From NCBI GenBank assembly GCA_965116925.1, contig OZ220744.1:4096001-4160000 (forward strand): DNA of 64,000 nucleotides, read 5' to 3'. The notes beneath the pieces were generated by a model, which was not told where the DNA came from, made no database searches, and was given only the letters and a program-made list of their open reading frames with translations. Numbering within the stretch: position 1 is the stretch's first letter; each line of letters begins with the position of its first letter. Shown here piece by piece: positions 58,512-64,000 of the stretch. Source of the stretch: Candidatus Poribacteria bacterium (GTDB taxonomy: Bacteria; Poribacteria; WGA-4E; PCPOR2b). A program made the position numbers and the translations under genes.

Positions 58512-59705
58512 TCAAGCCCGTCCGTGATGCGACTCAGCCGGCGCACGATACTTCACCCCCAGATGCGGGGTTTCCAGACGCTGATGGTCTTGTATCCGCG
58601 AAGTGAGGCAACTCTCTAGCATCCCACTGACAATCAGAGTGCGTTCTGCCGGGTAAGGCGCGCCCCCGGTCATAATCATCTCCACAATTTTGGCAACTAG
58701 GCAGGCGGAGTAGGTCACGTTGGGTGTCGGTGGTAGAAAAAATTGCGTGGATACCGGGTCCGGTACACCCTTCAGTTTTGCAGCGAAGCAGTAGTCTCTG
58801 ATTGCACCGTTGAGCATGAGTAGTGTGGTTTGGAGTCCATCGTTGCGTTCGATAAGATAGGCTGCTGGATTTTCGACCAGCTTTTGGAGTTCGCCGCTGC
58901 GGAGCAGATCTTGAGTTCGACCATCTTCTTCCGTCAGTCCACAAGGGCTGTCGCATCGAGAGAGAGCTGATTCCAAAAGTTCTTTTGACCAACGCCCTGT
59001 CTCGCCAGCCTTCCAGACCGCCTCCCCCTCTATTAATTGAACCGCCTTGACCCCGGTTTCACCACCTTTGCGGCGTTCAACCATACACTGCATGGCTTCG
59101 AGTGCGTGATAATCCATCGGATCGGAACCGCCGACCCCTATCATCAAGGCACTCTCAATCTCGCACTCCAACGGCAATTCGACATCTGGCAGACGCCAAG
59201 TTACTGGCAGAGACGATCCGGCGAGAATCGGAAATCCCAAGCGATGCCCGTCGTCCACCATCTCCTGCGCCTTCTCAAAACTGTAGGAGAGATGTTTGTC
59301 ATTGTAGATCGGTACAGCGCGACCGTCCTCCTCAAAGACTTTGACGCACTCCTTGAAAAATTCGTAGCGTGGATAGAGAACTTGACCTTTCTCATTTCTT
59401 GGATATTCACCATGTTCACCAATCAGTAACACAGCATCGACAGCGAGTTTCTCTCCACCACAGCGCAACGCCTCGGAGATCGTCGGGTATACGGAGAAAC
59501 CGAACTCACGGGCGCGGTCAGTAGATTGGTCTCCTCCAGGTCTCTGGTCAACGTAGAGGGAAACGATTTGGGTATCGGGGCGATGCCAGCGTCCCTCATA
59601 AGGGTAGCCGACCATAAGGCGGTCAGCAAAATGTTGGGCATGTGACAGGTAACGATAGATGGTAGCAAGTACAGCGATGCGTTTGACGGGCGGGTTGGGT
59701 GTCAT
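58512..59705 (-). CDS. conserved hypothetical protein (oxidoreductase-like), paralog 1
   Basis: 397 aa; VDAVLLIGEHGEYP, NDKHLS, GSSLPVTWR; collinear with 60006-61199. Confidence 0.8.
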   Translation of the reverse strand: MTPNPPVKRIAVLATIYRYLSHAQHFADRLMVGYPYEGRWHRPDTQIVSLYVDQRPGGDQSTDRAREFGFSVYPTISEALRCGGEKLAVDAVLLIGEHGEYPRNEKGQVLYPRYEFFKECVKVFEEDGRAVPIYNDKHLSYSFEKAQEMVDDGHRLGFPILAGSSLPVTWRLPDVELPLECEIESALMIGVGGSDPMDYHALEAMQCMVERRKGGETGVKAVQLIEGEAVWKAGETGRWSKELLESALSRCDSPCGLTEEDGRTQDLLRSGELQKLVENPAAYLIERNDGLQTTLLMLNGAIRDYCFAAKLKGVPDPVSTQFFLPPTPNVTYSACLVAKIVEMIMTGGAPYPAERTLIVSGMLESCLTSRIQDHQRLETPHLGVKYRAPAESHHGRA

Positions 59706-59708
59706 TTT

Positions 59709-59978
59709 TCATCGTTCTCCAGTATTATAGATTTTTCGATTTGTGCCACAAAATCTGAGGCACTTAATGGCATCTTGAACGGCTTGATTGATCTGCTGCT
59801 CGTTTAGCATATGCGTACGGAATCGCTCGATAATATCTTTCTTTTTTGTCGTGCGATCTAGATCGCTCTGTGCTGCGAGATAATTTCTCAACGCAAGTTG
59901 ATCGCTTTTAGGAAGCATCTCCACCAATACTTTGACATCTTCAAAGCGTGGATTTCCCGTGATGATAATTTGAGACAT
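59709..59978 (-). CDS. small hypothetical protein (possible orphan antitoxin-like)
   Basis: 89-aa ORF with GAGAGG RBS between the two paralogs. Confidence 0.55.
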   Translation of the reverse strand: MSQIIITGNPRFEDVKVLVEMLPKSDQLALRNYLAAQSDLDRTTKKKDIIERFRTHMLNEQQINQAVQDAIKCLRFCGTNRKIYNTGER

Positions 59979-60005
59979 AGTTTACTATCCTCTCATTCAT
60001 TTTGA

Positions 60006-61199
60006 TCATGTTCTCCAAAAAGTCGATTCTTCCGTCGGCTGATAAGAAATATTCAGGTGTGGTGTTTCCTGTCGTGTCTGATCCTGAAAAAGGCTCTCTA
60101 CACCAGCAGCGACCAACCCGGTAGTAAGCAGCGTGCGCTCGACTGGATAGGTCGCTACTCCGCTCAGGAACATCTGTTCAACATTGTTGACCAACGGTGA
60201 GAAGAAGTTGGCAAGGGTCGTGCGGGCTGGGGGCATCGGCAGGTACATCTGTGTGGACAGCGGAGCGTCTTGACCTTCGAGGCGAGCGGCGAAGTTGAAA
60301 TCTTGCACCAGTCCATTCATCAGAATCATCGTCGCTTTGAGCCCATCCAAATGCTCGTACTGGTAGGCAATTGGATCTTCCACCAGCTGCTTCATTTCGT
60401 CTAAGGTTGGAAAAATGTTGTTGAACCCCTGTCGTGAGGGGGTGAGGGTGTGACTGCGGCTGAGGGCGGCTTCAAACAGTTCACGCGACCACAGCTCCTC
60501 GTGATGCGCTTCCCAGAATTTGTCGCCGCGGTAGGCTTGCAGCCATTTGACACCTTTTTCGCCGCCTTCGCGGCGTTCCACCATGCACTGAATGGTCTCC
60601 AAGGCGTGGAAGTCGTAGCTGTCAACGCCACCGATCGCGATACATAGTGCCTCCCGGACGCGGGCACCCAACGGCATGTCGATGGACGGGGTGCGCCAAG
60701 TCACCGGCAGGGACGATCCCGACATGAACGCAAAGTCCATCTCTTGAGAGATGTCGTACATCTCTTTTGCCCAATCCCAGTTCCAAGAGAGATGCTTGTC
60801 GTTGAAAATGGGTGCAGTTTTACCGGTAGTTTTGTAGACCGAGACAACCTGCATGAAAAGTTCGTAGCGTGGGTAGAGATGCTGCCCCTTTTCGTTGGTG
60901 GGATAGCTGCCGTGCTCGCCGATTAGTAGGACTCCATCAACGGCAAGGTCGCTGCCTCCCAGAGTTAGGGTGTCGGCAACGGTCGGATAGATTTTCATTT
61001 GAGGAAAGCGTTCTGCACGATCACAGCTCAGATCACTTTCAGGTCGCTGATCAACGTAGAGTGAGACCAGATCCATCGGCGGATGGTGGTGCCGACCGTT
61101 CCAGCCGTATCCCTCCAAGAAGCGATCAACGATGTGCTGACCGTGGGAATACTTGCGATACTCTGTGACGATTGCCGCAATTTTGGGGCGTTTGGTCAT
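60006..61199 (-). CDS. conserved hypothetical protein (oxidoreductase-like), paralog 2
   Basis: 397 aa; same motifs as 58512-59705. Confidence 0.8.
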   Translation of the reverse strand: MTKRPKIAAIVTEYRKYSHGQHIVDRFLEGYGWNGRHHHPPMDLVSLYVDQRPESDLSCDRAERFPQMKIYPTVADTLTLGGSDLAVDGVLLIGEHGSYPTNEKGQHLYPRYELFMQVVSVYKTTGKTAPIFNDKHLSWNWDWAKEMYDISQEMDFAFMSGSSLPVTWRTPSIDMPLGARVREALCIAIGGVDSYDFHALETIQCMVERREGGEKGVKWLQAYRGDKFWEAHHEELWSRELFEAALSRSHTLTPSRQGFNNIFPTLDEMKQLVEDPIAYQYEHLDGLKATMILMNGLVQDFNFAARLEGQDAPLSTQMYLPMPPARTTLANFFSPLVNNVEQMFLSGVATYPVERTLLTTGLVAAGVESLFQDQTRQETPHLNISYQPTEESTFWRT

Positions 61200-61291
61200 C
61201 GTGTGAATATCCTTTTATAAAATACCGACTTTCGTCGGGCATTAGCCAACGTAATTCCAAAATGACACCAGATCGGTTGTCAGACAGCTAA

Positions 61292-61402
61292 CTAAGTATG
61301 AAAAATAATCAATGCTCGGTCTATCTCAATAAAATCGTACGTTGTAAATGCTTCTACAATTTGCTCAATATAGCGGCAGTGGGCATCTACTAAAAACTTC
61401 AT
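61292..61402 (-). pseudogene. internally deleted DUF5615/PIN-like toxin
   Basis: 36-aa ORF MKFLVDAH-CRYIEQIVEAFTTYDFIEIDRALIIFHT, overlapping the DUF433 stop (ATGA). Confidence 0.65.
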
Positions 61403-61626
61403 ATCATGGTAGCCTGCATTCGTTGAACCTGAGTCAGGCGTGCTGCAAATGCCAAAGCTGCTAGGATATCGTTACGCTCTAAGTCGTCATAGTCTGCCAA
61501 AATTTCGTCGATGGTCATTTCTGCACTCAACAGTTCTAGTATCAACTCAACAGGATAGCGCAATCCACGTATGCACGGCTTGCCATGACAGATTTCAGGG
61601 TCTATTGTTATACGGTCCGCAAGCAT
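61399..61626 (-). CDS. DUF433 domain antitoxin
   Basis: RITIDPEICHGKPCIRGLRYPV...EIL.DY.DL...DI.AAL.FA. Confidence 0.92.
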   Translation of the reverse strand: MLADRITIDPEICHGKPCIRGLRYPVELILELLSAEMTIDEILADYDDLERNDILAALAFAARLTQVQRMQATMI

Positions 61627-61710
61627 TTCAAACGAACCTATTTTGTATGTGCTCATCGGGATCCTTTGATTTACTTTCATTTGAACTGTGATAGTAGATT
61701 TTAGAATTAA

Positions 61711-62007
61711 TTAGACACTTGTGATATGGCCAACGAGATATTCGCGCTGCTGAGGGTCATAGGTTACCACCCTTTGATCTTTCTCAAGAGTAAAACGGAA
61801 TCTGTAAATCATGGATATAGCAAGTCTCGCTTTAACCGGTTTTTCATCAGGATACGCATAATTATATAGCTCACTAATTTCTTCTTCAGAGTTTACCGCA
61901 CTTAAATCACCAATTTTATGCCAGCCAATCGCAACGAACCCACGGGCAAATTCGTCAATGAGGTATCCGTCCTCTCCAGCACGAACCAGCCACTTTATTT
62001 CTCCCAT
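61711..62007 (-). pseudogene. truncated N-terminus of Mrr-like restriction endonuclease
   Basis: WLVRAG...F...GFVAIGW...GDL...YRF...VV.YD....Y.VG pattern; the frame ends abruptly inside a family C MITE end (61690-61718). Confidence 0.55.
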
Positions 62008-62033
62008 AATCGTTTACCTTTGTTCTATTTATA

Positions 62034-62972
62034 ACCCAAGTTGCTAGTTATTGAAAATCCATGGGTTTTCCGTTAAACTTGAGGGGATTGACTCATACCC
62101 CCTCAAAAGGAGAAACCCATGGACCTACAAATTGTAACCATTTTCTATCTCTGTGACAAGCTGTTAGAAGCACTTAACTCAAAAACCTCTCCACAGGCGC
62201 AGATGACTGACGCCGAAGTCATGACCACCGGGGTGGTCGCTGCGTTGTTTTTCGGTGGTAACTTCCAAGTGACTTGTGACTTTCTACACACTCATGGCTA
62301 TATCCCCAATATGCTGTCAAAAAGTCGTTTCAATCGACGGTTGCATCGGATTAAACCGATGTTCATCACATTGTTCAAAATCTTAGCCGAAAGTTATGTA
62401 AAACTCAATCAACAGCAGATTTATGCGATAGATACACTGCCTATTGCGGTCTGTGACAATATCCGCATTAGTCGGTCAAAACTGTATACCGATGAGGCAT
62501 TTCGTGGGTATCAAGCGTCCAAGCGTCGGTACTTCTATGGCTTGAAAGTTCACTTGTTAGTGACAGCGAGCCAACAGCCTGTTGAGTTTTTTCTAACGCC
62601 AGCAAGCATCAGTGATGTCGAGGGATTACAGTATTTTGATTTTGACTTGCCACCGGGCAGTTGTGTCTACGGGGATAAAGCATACAATAACTATGAGATA
62701 GAGGATATATTGGCAACCATTGGAGTGGACCTCAAGCCGACACGCAAACAGAATTCCAAGCGACCTTATCCACAGTGGGAGACCTATGTGGCATCTTGCC
62801 ATCGTAAGTCTGTCGAGACCGCTGGCAGTTTAATTGAGCGATTGCTGCCTCGTTCGATTCATGCTGTAACACAACAAGGATTTGAATTAAAAGTGGTCTT
62901 GTTTGTATTAGCAAGCAGTATATATCAACTTTAACTCCAACCAACTACTCAATTATAGGTAGCAACTTGGGT
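62034..62972 (+). mobile_element. IS982-family insertion sequence (939 bp)
   Basis: TIRs ACCCAAGTTGCTA / TAGCAACTTGGGT; 8-bp direct repeat TATTTATA. Confidence 0.92.
62119..62934 (+). CDS. IS982 family transposase
   Basis: MTDAEV, SKSRFNRR, IDT.PI.VC.N.R, YFYGLKVH, GDKAY and RK.VET motifs. Confidence 0.92.
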   Translation: MDLQIVTIFYLCDKLLEALNSKTSPQAQMTDAEVMTTGVVAALFFGGNFQVTCDFLHTHGYIPNMLSKSRFNRRLHRIKPMFITLFKILAESYVKLNQQQIYAIDTLPIAVCDNIRISRSKLYTDEAFRGYQASKRRYFYGLKVHLLVTASQQPVEFFLTPASISDVEGLQYFDFDLPPGSCVYGDKAYNNYEIEDILATIGVDLKPTRKQNSKRPYPQWETYVASCHRKSVETAGSLIERLLPRSIHAVTQQGFELKVVLFVLASSIYQL

Positions 62973-63210
62973 TATTTATATATTATTCGTAGAACTTCTC
63001 CGTAATTCTGTTCCTCTGTGTGGAGATACTACACCAATCTTCAAACCAAATCAAGTAAAAAGAGAATATCAGCCACCGCCAAAACTGATAAAATCTCTTA
63101 CAATTTTTCTGTCAAATTCCGATTCAATATGTTATTATTTCCCTTACTAATCTTTCCACCTAAGGCGCTTGTAATAAACTATGATCTGGGGAATTTAGGA
63201 AAGGAGGATC

Positions 63211-63624
63211 ATGATGAAAGTCTTCATTAGCCACGCTCACAGCGACGAGACACTTGTAAAGAAAATGGTGGCAATTCTGGAGGAAGTCGGGCTGGAGGTT
63301 TGGGATGACACACGCGAGATCTTACCCGGAGACAATTGGGCAGAACAGGTCGCTCAGGCGTTAAAAGAGTCTGAGGCAATGGTTGTTCTATTGACGCCGG
63401 AGGCAACCCGCTCAAGGTGGGTACGTCGTGAAATTGAGTATGCCCTTGGTGAAAAACGCTACAGCAAACGCCTAATTCCCGTCCTCGTTGGTGACCCAGC
63501 AGATTTTCCACAAGAAGACATCCCATGGATTCTTTGGCGTCTTCAGATGGTAAAACTCGCCGAATATGATAAGGAAGAGGAAGGTATCCGACAGATTGCT
63601 CAAACCCTGCTGGAAGCTGCCTAA
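63211..63624 (+). CDS. standalone TIR domain protein (TIR_2)
   Basis: VFISHAHSD, VWDD...I.PGD.W, S.WV..E and LIPV motifs. Confidence 0.9.
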   Translation: MMKVFISHAHSDETLVKKMVAILEEVGLEVWDDTREILPGDNWAEQVAQALKESEAMVVLLTPEATRSRWVRREIEYALGEKRYSKRLIPVLVGDPADFPQEDIPWILWRLQMVKLAEYDKEEEGIRQIAQTLLEAA

Positions 63625-63639
63625 ACCTCTCTTTCATCA

Positions 63640-64000
63640 TCACTGATACTGCTCCAGATCCCCCTTGTACTCCAACCCCAGCACGCTACGTGACCGCTCC
63701 ACATTGCAAGTTTTACCAGCTTCGGGGGTGCCCACAATATGGAAGATATCGAAGTCAATTGTCGTGGATTCTATTCCGAGACGGCAGGCTTCCGCCAGAT
63801 CGTGTCGACAGACGCAGCCATTCCGCACCGGCGCATCTTCGGAGCCTAGTTCCTCTCGGCGCTTGTTGATTCCCAATCGACTATCCACGATATAATCCGG
63901 ACGCAAGACGATGATGCGGGCCCCGTGAGCGTCGTGAAACTGCCGGCACATCTCCTCCTGCAAACGCTTGCATACCGCGTACTGGCTACCATCAGGTCTT
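63640..64000 (-). CDS. NAD-dependent epimerase/dehydratase (3' part; starts beyond window)
   Basis: YAVCK (YxxxK) motif just upstream of the listed ORF; VLRP and V...DLAEA motifs. Confidence 0.75.
   Translation of the reverse strand, partial: RPDGSQYAVCKRLQEEMCRQFHDAHGARIIVLRPDYIVDSRLGINKRREELGSEDAPVRNGCVCRHDLAEACRLGIESTTIDFDIFHIVGTPEAGKTCNVERSRSVLGLEYKGDLEQYQ

Noticed and set aside
1..64000. tRNA, rRNA, prophage or integron
   Set aside because: No cloverleaf (including tRNA-Sec), rRNA, phage structural gene or integrase was recognised by eye. A covariance-model scan was not run.

Overview
Bacterial chromosomal window using the standard genetic code. Its gene repertoire suggests Candidatus Poribacteria or a similar lineage (inference only): many Gfo/Idh/MocA and PhyH enzymes, an LRR-dockerin protein, TPR proteins, TolB-like propellers and ECF-sigma fusions. 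It holds a rho-rpmE-(PhyH)-prfA-prmC cluster, many catabolic enzymes, copA, leuD, a CHAD/ROK polyphosphate-type cluster, an IS630, an IS982 and at least five families of miniature inverted-repeat elements (MITEs), often nested. Three observations stand out. (1) A candidate new selenoprotein at 52059-53669: a membrane-anchored DUF4159-like protein with an in-frame TGA that aligns with a Cys codon in the adjacent ECF-sigma-fused paralog and is followed by a GCAGGTCTG SECIS-like hairpin. (2) An IS630 with an unusual DD60E spacing that, with its MITE derivatives, inserts into the centre of 3-nt hairpin loops with a 1-bp duplication instead of TA, giving nested structures. (3) An intact but highly divergent EF-Tu paralog with degenerate GTPase and tRNA-binding motifs, preceded by a ~150-nt structured RNA candidate. 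All family assignments come from motif recognition by eye; no database searches were run.
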